Positions 1 through 8,397 of a stretch of 24,000 bases of DNA are shown here, in pieces. The first letter of the stretch is position 1. Every line of letters starts with the position of its first letter. The translations under genes and the position numbers were made by a program. Below the pieces are notes generated by a model, which was given only the letters and a program-made list of their open reading frames with translations, did no database searches and was not told where the DNA came from. This DNA is from Archaeoglobus sp. UBA234. GTDB taxonomy: Archaea > Halobacteriota > Archaeoglobi > Archaeoglobales > Archaeoglobaceae. The stretch covers positions 109,257-133,256 of the forward strand of contig DACH01000016.1 of the NCBI GenBank assembly GCA_002494625.1, given 5' to 3'.

Positions 1-236
1 GAGGAGATCACTCTATTCCCTTCAAGGTTACAGGAAGTGCTGGAAGTGTTAGAGTAACGCTGATACCTGGTCCAAAAGGACTCGGGCTTGTGGCAGGAGA
101 TGTCGCCAGAAAGGTTCTTGAACTTGCTGGAGTGAGTGATGTTTGGACATTCACCAAAGGAAACACAAGAACCACTGTAAACTTTGCAAAGGCAACCTTT
201 GAAGCTTTGAAGAGAACAATGTACATGAAGAGGTGA
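1..236 (+). CDS. rps5p: 30S ribosomal protein S5 (uS5), C-terminal part; the 5' end lies outside the window
   Basis: It is absent from the ORF track because it is open at the window edge. Reading from nt 3 gives [77 protein letters not shown], with stop TGA at 234-236. This is a typical uS5 C-terminal domain, and it sits directly upstream of L30-L15-SecY. Confidence 0.85.
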   Translation, partial: GDHSIPFKVTGSAGSVRVTLIPGPKGLGLVAGDVARKVLELAGVSDVWTFTKGNTRTTVNFAKATFEALKRTMYMKR

Positions 237-241
237 GGGTT

Positions 242-700
242 ATGAGGTACTATGCTGTGGTAAGGCTTAGAGGCAGGCACGATATTCATAGGAGAATAAG
301 AGACACACTCAAAATGCTGAGGCTCCATAAGAAATATCACTGCGTCCTTATTCCTGAAAATGAATCTTACATGGGTATGCTTCAGAAAGTAAAGGATTAT
401 GTTGCCTATGGAGAAATTAATGCTGAGGTACTTGCTGAGCTTATAAGGAAAAGAGCAAGACTCGCAGGAAACAGAAGAGTTACTGAAGAATATGTTAAAG
501 AGAAGACCGGTATGGGTATAGAAGAGTTTGCAAAAGCAGTACTTGATGGAAAGGCAAAGCTCTCAGACATTGAGATCAAGCCAGTATTCAGACTTCACCC
601 TCCCAGAGGTGGTTTGAAGAATATAAAGTGGCACTATCCGCTTGGAGAGCTGGGATACCAAGGTGAGAACATAAACAGCCTTCTCTATAAAATGAGGTAA
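242..700 (+). CDS. rpl30p: 50S ribosomal protein L30 (uL30)
   Basis: The ORF is 233..700. ATG 242 (MRYYAVVRLRGRHDI...) is preceded by GAGGTGA. The N-terminus and the position between S5 and L15 are as expected for archaeal L30. GTG 233 is an alternative start. Confidence 0.9.
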   Translation: MRYYAVVRLRGRHDIHRRIRDTLKMLRLHKKYHCVLIPENESYMGMLQKVKDYVAYGEINAEVLAELIRKRARLAGNRRVTEEYVKEKTGMGIEEFAKAVLDGKAKLSDIEIKPVFRLHPPRGGLKNIKWHYPLGELGYQGENINSLLYKMR

Positions 701-721
701 TGAGTTGTTAGAGGTGGTTTA

Positions 722-1243
722 ATGCCTAAGAAAAGATTGAAGAAAATCAGAGGAAGCAGAACCTGTGGTGGAGGTTCACACAAGAACAGAAGGGGCAGAG
801 GTAACAGAGGCGGCTCAGGAAATGCAGGTTCTCTGAAACACAAATATATCAGGACGATAAAGGAGGGCTACGAGATAGGAAAGCACGGATTCAGAAGACC
901 TGAAAACATAAAAACAGAGTACAAATTAAAAAAGGACCTGATTGAGACACTGAGGGATTTGAGGAGTGATGGGAAGCTTGACAGCTATACTTACAAGTTT
1001 TTGAAATCAAGACCTGAGCTGAATGTTGGTGACCTTGATTTTATAATTGAGAAACTCTCACAACAGGGACTGGCAGAGGTTGAAGAGGGTGTTTTCTCGA
1101 TTGATCTTGGTGAAATTGGATACTACAAACTTCTCGGAAGTGGGACTGTTACAAAGAAGATGAATGTGAAAGTAGAATATGCCACATCTCTTGCGGTGAG
1201 AAAAATAGAGGAAGCAGGGGGGTCAGTAGAGCAGAGTGTTTGA
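722..1243 (+). CDS. rpl15p: 50S ribosomal protein L15 (uL15)
   Basis: The N-terminus is Gly/Arg-rich (KIRGSRTCGGGSHKNRRGRGNRGGSGNAG), typical of uL15. SD GAGGTGG lies about 5 nt upstream, and the gene keeps the conserved L30-L15-SecY order. Confidence 0.9.
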   Translation: MPKKRLKKIRGSRTCGGGSHKNRRGRGNRGGSGNAGSLKHKYIRTIKEGYEIGKHGFRRPENIKTEYKLKKDLIETLRDLRSDGKLDSYTYKFLKSRPELNVGDLDFIIEKLSQQGLAEVEEGVFSIDLGEIGYYKLLGSGTVTKKMNVKVEYATSLAVRKIEEAGGSVEQSV

Positions 1244-1395
1244 TCCTCTATATTTTATTCCTGAAATGGTTGGATTCAGCCTTACAGAATGGTTTTTATA
1301 CCAATCCTCACACACCTCATAAAACTAAAAGAACGATTAAAGGGATGGAATGATTGAAAACTGTAAAAAATCCGGATCATAAAAGAAGGTAACAG

Positions 1396-2880
1396 GTGAA
1401 AGTAATGGTTGATCATGTGCTTAGAGCTTTACAGCCTTATTTCGAGAGAATACCGAGTGTAGAGAGGCCTACAGGACATGTCCCTTTCAGGTCAAAATTC
1501 TCGTGGACAGTTGGAATTCTACTTCTTTACTTTTTCCTTGCAAGTGTCCCTGTTTTTGGACTATCTCCCGATTCAATAGATCTCTTTGAGCAGTACAGAG
1601 CCTTTTTTGCTGGTGCAACTGGTTCGATTTTAACTCTCGGTATAGGCCCAATTGTTACAGCTTCAATTATCCTCCAGCTTCTTGTAGGGGCTGGCATTAT
1701 AAAGCTCGACTTGACGAATCCCGAGGATAGAGCAGTATATCAGGATTTCCAGAGATTCCTTGTGTTTGTGATGATAGTTGTTGAAGCTCTTCCGCAAATC
1801 CTGGGAGGTTTTCTTAAACCTAACCTTGACATTGCAACATCCCTTGGAGTTTCTCCGGGCTTTTTGAGCGGATTGATATTTCTTCAGCTTTTCATAGGTG
1901 GTGTGCTTATAGTTTATATGGATGAAGTCGTCTCGAAGTGGGGTATAGGAAGTGGAGTTTCCCTTTTCATTCTTGCCGGAATATCTCAGTCTATAATTAT
2001 AGGTCTTTTCAACTGGATATCTCCAACCGGGGAAATGCCTCCCGGGATACTTCCAAGATGGATATGGATTGCACAGAACATTCCTGCAGAGCAACTGCTT
2101 ACTTTCTCCGGGATGAGCTATCTATTGTTGCAGGGAGGTATTCTTGCCCTTATTACGACCATAATCATTATCTTTCTGGTCGTTTTTGCAGAGGGTACAA
2201 GAGTTGAAATCCCGCTTGCCCATTCTCTTGTCAGAGGTGCCAGAGGTAAGTTTCCGATAAAACTGATATATGCAAGTGTTCTGCCAATGATCTTCGTGAG
2301 AGCGCTGCAGGCAAACTTTCAGATTCTTGGTATGATTCTTTACAACAACGGGATAACAATATTTGGCGAGTATGTAGACAATAAGCCAATAAATGGTTTG
2401 ATGTATTTCATCTCACCTATACGAAGTCCCTATGACTGGATACCATCTCTTGTAAAGCAGAATCCATACTTCGCAGATCTCCCTGTGTGGGCAATAGGAC
2501 TACATCTAATAGTAGATGCTGTAATTCTGGTCGCAGGTGGTATTTTATTCGCAATATTCTGGGTACAGACAAGTGGAATGGATGCAAAAACTGTGGCAAA
2601 CCAGATTGCGAGAAGTGGAATGCAGGTTCCCGGGTTCAGGAAGAATCCACAGACTCTCTTAAGGGTTTTGAACAGGTATATTCCAAAGGTAACGGTTCTC
2701 GGTGGAGCAGCAATAGGCGTTCTAACACTAATCGCCAACATGCTTGGGACTGTCGGAAATGTCAGTGGAACAGGACTCCTCCTTGCTGTGAGTATCGCCT
2801 ATAGACTTTATGAAGATCTTGCAAAGGAGCAGATGACAGAAATGCACCCGATGCTCAGAAGATTCCTTGGTGAGGAGTGA
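1396..2880 (+). CDS. secY: Preprotein translocase subunit SecY
   Basis: The 494-aa polytopic membrane protein has about 10 hydrophobic segments and follows L15. SecY-like segments include GIGPIVTASIILQLL and IPKVTVLGGAAIGVLT. ATG 1405, preceded by AGGTGA, is a plausible alternative to GTG 1396. Confidence 0.95.
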   Translation: MKVMVDHVLRALQPYFERIPSVERPTGHVPFRSKFSWTVGILLLYFFLASVPVFGLSPDSIDLFEQYRAFFAGATGSILTLGIGPIVTASIILQLLVGAGIIKLDLTNPEDRAVYQDFQRFLVFVMIVVEALPQILGGFLKPNLDIATSLGVSPGFLSGLIFLQLFIGGVLIVYMDEVVSKWGIGSGVSLFILAGISQSIIIGLFNWISPTGEMPPGILPRWIWIAQNIPAEQLLTFSGMSYLLLQGGILALITTIIIIFLVVFAEGTRVEIPLAHSLVRGARGKFPIKLIYASVLPMIFVRALQANFQILGMILYNNGITIFGEYVDNKPINGLMYFISPIRSPYDWIPSLVKQNPYFADLPVWAIGLHLIVDAVILVAGGILFAIFWVQTSGMDAKTVANQIARSGMQVPGFRKNPQTLLRVLNRYIPKVTVLGGAAIGVLTLIANMLGTVGNVSGTGLLLAVSIAYRLYEDLAKEQMTEMHPMLRRFLGEE

Positions 2881-2886
2881 TAAGAC

Positions 2887-3468
2887 ATGCCAAAGAGATT
2901 TATTTCAAGGTTTTTTTTGAGTCTTGGGATTGTTTTCTTCGTAGGCATACTGATAAGCGATAGTTTCAGAAAGGAACTTGCAAACCTCGTAGCACCTTTT
3001 CTCGATCCACTGGCTGAAGCCCTTCCGGTATATCAGGTCATTCTTGTACTGGCAATAATAACTGCATCCTATTCAACTCTGATTCAGAAATTTACCGTGG
3101 ATACAAAGAAACTCAAGGAGATACAGAAAAAGGTCATGGAATTCCAGAAAGAATACATGGAGGCTACAAAACAGGACAACAAATTTAAGCTGAAACAAAT
3201 GGAAGAGCAGAAAGCGGAGATCCAGCAGATGCAGAGTGAAATGATGGGGATGCAGTTTAAGCCGATGTTTTATACAATGGTAGTCACTCTCCCCATTTTT
3301 ATGTGGCTGTACGCACTAACAAAAAGTGAGAATATGGTAATTACCGTTCCATTTTCAGGGCAGATCCACATTGCAGATCCTGTTCTCTTCTTTCCCTGGT
3401 GGATCGTCTGGTATTTACTTTGTTCAATCGCTGTTGGGCAAATCATTCGAAAACTTGCCAAAATGTAG
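2887..3468 (+). CDS. DUF106-family membrane protein (archaeal YidC/Oxa1/EMC3-like insertase, MJ0480 type)
   Basis: The 193-aa protein has TM1, then a long Lys/Glu/Gln/Met-rich coiled-coil hairpin (KKLKEIQKKVMEFQKEYMEATKQDNKFKLKQMEEQKAEIQQMQSEMMGMQFKP), then two more TM segments. Its position next to secY and cmk is typical of the DUF106 gene in archaea. Confidence 0.72.
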   Translation: MPKRFISRFFLSLGIVFFVGILISDSFRKELANLVAPFLDPLAEALPVYQVILVLAIITASYSTLIQKFTVDTKKLKEIQKKVMEFQKEYMEATKQDNKFKLKQMEEQKAEIQQMQSEMMGMQFKPMFYTMVVTLPIFMWLYALTKSENMVITVPFSGQIHIADPVLFFPWWIVWYLLCSIAVGQIIRKLAKM

Positions 3469-3534
3469 CTTTTAAGTTGAAAACTTTAAAAAAGATAGCT
3501 TTAAAAATTATTAAGCCCATATAAAGGAGATAAC

Positions 3535-4110
3535 ATGGCGAGCGCGGGGAAATCAGAGGATCAAAATTCAGGAAAGATTGACGGGTTAAAGATAACAATC
3601 TCAGGTCCTCCAGGTAGTGGAACAACAACTGTTGCGCGCATTCTGGCTGAAAAGCTGAATCTACCACTCATCTCTGCTGGAGATATGTTCAGAAAACTTG
3701 CAAGAGAGAGGGGAATGACTCTCGACGAATTTGGAAGGTATGCAGATTCTAATCCTGAAATAGACATGCTTATAGACAGAACACAGAAACAGGAAGCAGA
3801 TGCTAAAAGGGAGTGTGTTGTGGAGGGAAGACTTTCAGGCTGGATGGTGGATAATGCAACTCTTAAAATCCTGATTTTTGCCAGTGATGATGTGAGATAC
3901 AGAAGAATTGCGGACAGAGAGAGAAAAACCTTTAAAGTAGCTAAAGCGGAGACTGAATTAAGAGAAAAAATAGAAAAAGAGAGATACAGGAAATACTATG
4001 ATATAGACATCGATGACTGGAGTATATATGATTTAATTATCAACTCAGGGCTCTTCACTCCTGAAAAGATTGTCGAGATAATTCTTACAGCCTTAGACAG
4101 TGAGCTGTAG
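3535..4110 (+). CDS. cmk: Cytidylate kinase, archaeal type
   Basis: It has the P-loop ISGPPGSGTTTVARILAEKL, then SAGDMFRKLARERGMTLDEFGRYADSNPEIDMLIDRTQ and a C-terminal YDIDIDDWSIYDLIINS. This is the archaeal Cmk pattern rather than adenylate kinase. Confidence 0.88.
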   Translation: MASAGKSEDQNSGKIDGLKITISGPPGSGTTTVARILAEKLNLPLISAGDMFRKLARERGMTLDEFGRYADSNPEIDMLIDRTQKQEADAKRECVVEGRLSGWMVDNATLKILIFASDDVRYRRIADRERKTFKVAKAETELREKIEKERYRKYYDIDIDDWSIYDLIINSGLFTPEKIVEIILTALDSEL

Positions 4111-4125
4111 TCTGCGAGGGATTTT

Positions 4126-5103
4126 ATGAAAGAAAAAAGAAATATGCTTACGAAGGAGGAAGCCTCTACTGATGAAAGCTATGGTTTTTATCCTTTTAAT
4201 CGTCCGATTGAGGAGTACATAAAGAATGGGGTTGTTTGCATAGACAAGCCATCAGGTCCAACGAGTCATGAAGTTGTGGTATGGGTGAGGAAAATTCTTG
4301 GTGTTAACAAAACCGGTCATGCAGGCACTCTTGATCCAAGAGTGACGGGAGTTCTACCTGTTCTCATTGAAAACGCCACAAAACTTGTTAAATTTCTTCA
4401 GACTTCGGGTAAGGAGTATGTAGGCATTCTTCGTCTCCATGGAGATGTTGATGAGAAGAAAATTCACGAAGTTTTCAACCTATTCAAGGGGAAAATATTT
4501 CAGAGACCCCCAATGAAGTCGGCTGTCAAAAAGAGGATTAGAATAAGGGAAATTTACTATTCTGAGATTCTTGAAATAGATGGAAGGGATGTTCTTTTTA
4601 AGGTGAAAACTGAGGCTGGGACTTATATAAGAAAGTTATGCACGGATATTGGAGAAGTCATAGGAACAGGAGCTCACATGCAGGAGTTGAGGAGAATTCG
4701 AACAGGGGTTTTTGATGAGAACTCAACATTTACGCTTCAGGAGCTTTCAGATGCATTCAAAATATTTAAAGAAACGGGAGATGAAACTTTTCTGAGGGAG
4801 ATAGTAAAACCCATGGAACTTTCAGTTGCGACTCTCAAAAAAGTAGTTGTAAAGGATACTGCAGTAGACGCACTATGTCACGGAGCAGATTTATCTGCAA
4901 GAGGAATATGCTATATAGAAGAGAATATAAATCCAGGAGATGTTGTAGCTATCTTTACACTGAAAAATGAGATTGTTGCACTGGGAAAAGCTCTTGTAAC
5001 CTCTGATGAAATGCAAAAGGCGAAAAGTGGAATCATGGTTGAAACAAATAGGGTTATAATGGATAGAGGGCTGTATCCGAAATCTTGGAAGACAGAGAAA
5101 TAA
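4126..5103 (+). CDS. cbf5: tRNA/rRNA pseudouridine synthase Cbf5 (H/ACA RNP catalytic subunit, TruB family) with C-terminal PUA domain
   Basis: The catalytic motif is KTGHAGTLDPRVTGVLPV (Asp in TLDP). It also has YIRKLCTDIGE and a PUA-like C-terminus (AVDALCHGADLSARGI...GDVVAIFTLKNEIVALGKA). ATG 4144 is an alternative start. Confidence 0.92.
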   Translation: MKEKRNMLTKEEASTDESYGFYPFNRPIEEYIKNGVVCIDKPSGPTSHEVVVWVRKILGVNKTGHAGTLDPRVTGVLPVLIENATKLVKFLQTSGKEYVGILRLHGDVDEKKIHEVFNLFKGKIFQRPPMKSAVKKRIRIREIYYSEILEIDGRDVLFKVKTEAGTYIRKLCTDIGEVIGTGAHMQELRRIRTGVFDENSTFTLQELSDAFKIFKETGDETFLREIVKPMELSVATLKKVVVKDTAVDALCHGADLSARGICYIEENINPGDVVAIFTLKNEIVALGKALVTSDEMQKAKSGIMVETNRVIMDRGLYPKSWKTEK

Positions 5104-5112
5104 ATAGAAAAG

Positions 5113-5123
5113 TTTTTGTTTTT
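5113..5123 (+). terminator. Oligo-T tracts (T5-G-T5) after cbf5
   Basis: The sequence gtttttgtttttg begins 10 nt after the cbf5 stop. Archaeal termination typically uses T-runs. This is an inference only. Confidence 0.4.
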
Positions 5124-5158
5124 GTCAGCCAACTAAGAAATCCTTCAGGTGGTGTGGA

Positions 5159-5512
5159 TTGGCAAGGATACTGATTGTTGATGACGAGGAAGCTATTAGG
5201 GATATACTCAAAATATTCCTTGGACTCAGACATACATATTTTGATGCCCGTGATGGGGTTGAAGCAGTTGAAGTTTATAAAAGAGAGAAACCAGATATTG
5301 TAATAATGGATATCAGGATGCCAAGGATGAGTGGAATCGAGGCTATTAAAAAGATTAAGGAGGTAAATCCTGAAGCAAAGGTCATCGTTCTTACAGCCTT
5401 TGCAGCTGGGAGAAAAGAGGAAATTTTAAAAGCTGGTGCAGATAAAATTCTTGAAAAACCCCTCAGAAAATCAAGAATTGTTGGAGCAGTTGAGGAATTC
5501 TTGGGAAAATAG
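5159..5512 (+). CDS. Stand-alone CheY-like response-regulator receiver (no output domain), paralogue 1
   Basis: The 117-aa protein has the acidic pocket IVDDEE, phospho-acceptor context IVIMDIRMP, VLTAF and LEKPL (conserved Thr and Lys positions). The start is TTG, so its exact position is uncertain. Confidence 0.85.
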   Translation: MARILIVDDEEAIRDILKIFLGLRHTYFDARDGVEAVEVYKREKPDIVIMDIRMPRMSGIEAIKKIKEVNPEAKVIVLTAFAAGRKEEILKAGADKILEKPLRKSRIVGAVEEFLGK

Positions 5513-5578
5513 AATTCTGGAATGATAAATTTAATGATAAATCGCAAATTTTATTATTGTTCAGAATATCCTTCAATT

Positions 5579-6355
5579 ATGGCTGCTGTTGAATTTGAAA
5601 AGGAAAACGGAATACTCTGGGCTAAACTCAACAGACCTGAAGCTCTCAATGCTATAAATGAGGATGTTGTTGAGGGGCTGGAAAAATTGGTTGAAAAAGT
5701 CAGAAATGAAAGAGACATCAGGGTTGTTATTATAATTGGAGAGGGAAAGGCTTTTTGCGCCGGAGCAGATATAAAAATGTTTCTGAGAAGTTCAACATTC
5801 GAAGCAAGAGAGATCATAGAAAGACTCGGAAAGGCTCTTGAAGCATTCGAAGATATCGATGTCCCGATTATTGCAGCGGTAAATGGCTTTGCACTTGGTG
5901 GAGGATGTGAGATGGCGATGGCATGTGATCTGATTGTGGCAAGTGAAAATGCCTTTTTTGGACAGCCAGAAATAAACATCGGTATAATTCCAGGTGCAGG
6001 TGGAACACAGAGGCTTGCAAGGCTTGTAGGGTGGAAAAAAGCAATGGAGCTATGCCTTACTGGAAATAGAATATCTGCACAGGAGGCAGAGAGGCTTGGA
6101 CTTGTGAACAGAGTTGTAAAACAGGAAGAACTCAAAGAGGAGGTACTCAAACTTGCCAAAACAATTGCTGAGAAATCACCCACAGCAGTGGGGCTTGTCA
6201 AACAGGCGGTTAATCGCGGGTTCAAAATGAGTCTCAGGGATGGAGTGGCTTATGAGAGAGATCTCTTTGCTCTATCCTTCGCCTCTGAGGATGCGAAAGA
6301 GGGAATGTCTGCATTCGTTGAGAAAAGAATTCCTGAGTTCAGGAAAAAACGATGA
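5579..6355 (+). CDS. Enoyl-CoA hydratase/isomerase (crotonase family)
   Basis: Motifs are AFCAGADI, ALGGGCEMAMACDL and FGQPEINIGIIPGAGGTQRL, so both catalytic Glu positions are present. ATG 5579 (MAAVEFEKENG...) is the likely start. The ORF opens at 5522, but the first 19 codons look non-coding. Confidence 0.9.
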   Translation: MAAVEFEKENGILWAKLNRPEALNAINEDVVEGLEKLVEKVRNERDIRVVIIIGEGKAFCAGADIKMFLRSSTFEAREIIERLGKALEAFEDIDVPIIAAVNGFALGGGCEMAMACDLIVASENAFFGQPEINIGIIPGAGGTQRLARLVGWKKAMELCLTGNRISAQEAERLGLVNRVVKQEELKEEVLKLAKTIAEKSPTAVGLVKQAVNRGFKMSLRDGVAYERDLFALSFASEDAKEGMSAFVEKRIPEFRKKR

Positions 6356-6361
6356 AGTGAA

Positions 6362-6994
6362 TTAATCACTTAAATTCTGAAATTCATTTATTATTGCATT
6401 TTTAACATCTTGTGGGATTGTTATATGTTTGCCATCCATAATGACTTCTACCACATCGTAATCCACAGTTTCTATGGGGGTCTCCAGAATCAGGTATCTT
6501 TTCCAGTTTGCCCCTTCAAGGCTTCGCTGGTATCTCAGTATGATTGAGAAAAGCCTCGAGATCATAATTTCGTCTCTCTCGCTCTGTGCACCCTGGATAA
6601 GTGAGCCAAAGAATTTTCTGTTCTGGGATGTTGTTTTTCCGATAACATTGACAAGAAAAATGTAGGTTTTTTCAAGTCCATGAATCAAAAGGAGTTCGGG
6701 AATTGCACTCATCAAAACTGTAAAGTCTTCCATTCCCTCACTGAGTTTGGAAATAAGAATACCAACTTCACTCAGGTTGTTTACATTTACATGTCTGTAG
6801 TTAGAGCTCTGAACAAATGAAAGAACACTTACTCTGTCTTCAACACCGGAGGAGTTCAAAATTGAGCTTATGACATCTGGTGGTTCCGATGCCACCCAGA
6901 TTACCATGTCAGAAATTGAAGTTGCAATATCGAGTAGGAGTAAAGAGCCTTCAGCTCCTCTGTCTGATATAAGCAATAATGAATTTTTTTTCAT
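6362..6994 (-). CDS. Hypothetical protein, probable truncated and degenerate KaiC/RecA-fold domain (no Walker A or B)
   Basis: By eye the 210-aa protein aligns with the KaiC-like ORF at 10909-11622 and with ArlH. SLLLISDRGAEGSLL occupies the Walker A strand-loop, without GK[ST]. FTVLMSAIPELL occupies the position of hhhhDS. The C-terminal KRYLILETPI...VIMDGKHITI resembles the KaiC R.L.V.K.R / GI.I end. The fold assignment is an inference. Confidence 0.45.
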   Translation of the reverse strand: MKKNSLLLISDRGAEGSLLLLDIATSISDMVIWVASEPPDVISSILNSSGVEDRVSVLSFVQSSNYRHVNVNNLSEVGILISKLSEGMEDFTVLMSAIPELLLIHGLEKTYIFLVNVIGKTTSQNRKFFGSLIQGAQSERDEIMISRLFSIILRYQRSLEGANWKRYLILETPIETVDYDVVEVIMDGKHITIPQDVKNAIINEFQNLSD

Positions 6995-7031
6995 TGGCTC
7001 TATTTTAATTATGGTTAATAAAATATTTTCG

Positions 7032-7274
7032 TTAGAGTTTTCCTGCTGACTTTGCTTGGGCTATAAGGTTTGCAAGATAGACGGGATATCTTCCTCCACC
7101 TCTCCTTTTAGCCTTTTTGACCTCTCCGACATGGACTTTTGCATGTTCACACCCGATATAGTGCATTATTGCTTTGGAAAGAGCCTCTTTAACTGTGTTT
7201 TCACCTGTAACCTCCTTTAACTTTTTTATTGTCTCATCCGACAGCTGGGTCTGAACTATCACAAACCTCTCCAT
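7032..7274 (-). CDS. Ribbon-helix-helix (VapB/CopG-like) small DNA-binding protein with a basic C-terminal tail
   Basis: MERFVIVQTQLSDETIKKLKEVTGENTVKEALSKAIMHYI fits a beta-strand plus two helices, as in the RHH/DUF2191 antitoxin-like pattern. ATG 7274 is preceded by GGTGATGAGG. The ORF could extend to 7319 through a Met-rich run. It lies 37 nt upstream of, and on the same strand as, 6362-6994. Confidence 0.55.
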   Translation of the reverse strand: MERFVIVQTQLSDETIKKLKEVTGENTVKEALSKAIMHYIGCEHAKVHVGEVKKAKRRGGGRYPVYLANLIAQAKSAGKL

Positions 7275-7304
7275 CCTCATCACCATCATCACAGTAATTT
7301 TTAC

Positions 7305-7319
7305 CATCATCATCATCAT
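7305..7319. repeat. (CAT)5 / (ATG)5 trinucleotide repeat
   Basis: The + strand reads catcatcatcatcat, and more CAT/CAC units occur at 7272-7292. The repeat lies at the 5' edge of the RHH ORF, in the divergent intergenic region. Confidence 0.9.
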
Positions 7320-7437
7320 TAATAAAGTTTTCGGTCGAAAAACAAAGGAACAGTTTGATAAATAACAATTTTAATAATGATAACCTTAGCTTAAGTATCA
7401 CAAAAACTTAAATCCTGATGGATAGAACTATTAATCA

Positions 7438-8016
7438 ATGACAGAGAAAATGCGTGTGGTGTGGGGTATCAGTGGAGCAGGAGATAGAATCGAAGATATA
7501 CTCGAAATTATGAAGAAAATCAGTGTTGAGAATAACGATGTTGAGATCAGGGCTTATCTTTCAAGGGCTGGAGAGCAGGTGATGAAGTTTTACAGAATTT
7601 ACAATGATTTGAGATCATCCTTTGAAAAGGTCTATGTTGAGAGGAATTCCAATTCCCCCTTTCTTGCCGGTCAGCTTCAGACAGGGAAGTTTGAGTTCAT
7701 GATTATCGCACCTGCAACTGCAAATACAACTGCCAAGATCTCACTGGGCATTGCAGATACACTGCTGACCAATTCTGCCCTTATGGGGTTGAAAGCCTAT
7801 GTTCCGCTGTATATACTTCCAACAGACTATAAAGTGGGAGAAGTTCTGACAAAGCTTCCAAATGGAAAACTACTTCGGGTAAGGGTGAGAAAAGAAGATG
7901 TTGAGCATGTTGAGAGGCTCAGGAAGATGGATGGAGTTTATGTAATCGAAAGTCCAGAAGAAATCCCTTTGGTTTTTGAAAAGCATCTAAAAATATTCAG
8001 GGAAAAAAGAGGCTGA
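7438..8016 (+). CDS. afpA: FMN flavoprotein of the PF02441 (HFCD-like) family, archaeoflavoprotein AfpA / dihydromethanopterin reductase-like
   Basis: The 192-aa protein has the N-terminal VVWGISGAGD nucleotide-binding loop and the IIAPATANTTAKISLGIADTLLTN signature of the flavoprotein family. Its size and single-domain build match AfpA rather than CoaBC. Confidence 0.65.
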   Translation: MTEKMRVVWGISGAGDRIEDILEIMKKISVENNDVEIRAYLSRAGEQVMKFYRIYNDLRSSFEKVYVERNSNSPFLAGQLQTGKFEFMIIAPATANTTAKISLGIADTLLTNSALMGLKAYVPLYILPTDYKVGEVLTKLPNGKLLRVRVRKEDVEHVERLRKMDGVYVIESPEEIPLVFEKHLKIFREKRG

Positions 8017-8079
8017 TGAAAAACCATCATCATGTGGGAGTTAGAAAAGTGTTATATTTGACTTTTTTAATCACACTTT

Positions 8080-8379
8080 ATGCTCAATGACAGGGATGTT
8101 CTCGAGTTCGTTCTTGCAGGTTATGAGAAACTCAGGGATGTTGCCCGTGAGGACGGAATGGAGGTAGATGAACTCGTTCTGTTTCTAAAAAATGAGCTTG
8201 ACCTTCACGAAAACTCATGTTTCAGAGTCAAAGTTAGAGGAATTATCGAAGATGGTGTAAAAGAATCGGATTCCGGTTTTATCCCTGTTAATACCAGTCA
8301 GAGCAGAAAAAGGTTAATGAATATCGTAAAATCAGGATTTGCATTGATAACCCACAATGAAAAAATTAAAGTAGTTTGA
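8080..8379 (+). CDS. Hypothetical small protein (99 aa) between the afpA-like gene and a receiver gene
   Basis: The ORF has normal amino-acid composition. It is co-directional with its neighbours, with gaps of 63 nt upstream and 18 nt downstream. I recognise no family. Confidence 0.5.
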   Translation: MLNDRDVLEFVLAGYEKLRDVAREDGMEVDELVLFLKNELDLHENSCFRVKVRGIIEDGVKESDSGFIPVNTSQSRKRLMNIVKSGFALITHNEKIKVV

Positions 8380-8397
8380 ATGAGTTGGTGATTCTGC

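Noticed and set aside
1244-1395. A possible C/D-box or other small RNA in the L15-secY gap.
   Set aside because: I found no RUGAUGA C box paired with a 3' CUGA D box. There are only weak 5-bp hairpins (CTGAA..TTCAG at about 1261-1279). The evidence is insufficient to call an RNA gene.
1663-2804. Several 60-143-aa ORFs on both strands inside secY (1663-2094, 1938-2207, 2417-2599, 2430-2741, 2487-2804).
   Set aside because: All overlap the unambiguous SecY frame and have odd composition, so they are alternative-frame artefacts.
3336-3345. A second copy of the palindrome GGTAATTACC found at the arlB promoter.
   Set aside because: It lies inside the DUF106 CDS, coding for MVITV, far from any promoter. 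It is most likely a chance occurrence of an AT-rich palindrome, and it also weakens the significance of the copy at 11759.
5554-6225. A 223-aa minus-strand ORF.
   Set aside because: It lies entirely antisense to the well-supported enoyl-CoA hydratase CDS. Its product is Ser/Ala/Thr-rich low-complexity sequence with no recognisable motif, which is typical of a shadow ORF.
7221-7322. A His-rich reading on the + strand (..HPHHHHHSNFYHHHHH stop) that looks like a natural His-tag peptide.
   Set aside because: The frame has no ATG, GTG or TTG start after the upstream stop at 7218-7220. It is simply the complement of the Met-rich run at the 5' end of the RHH ORF.
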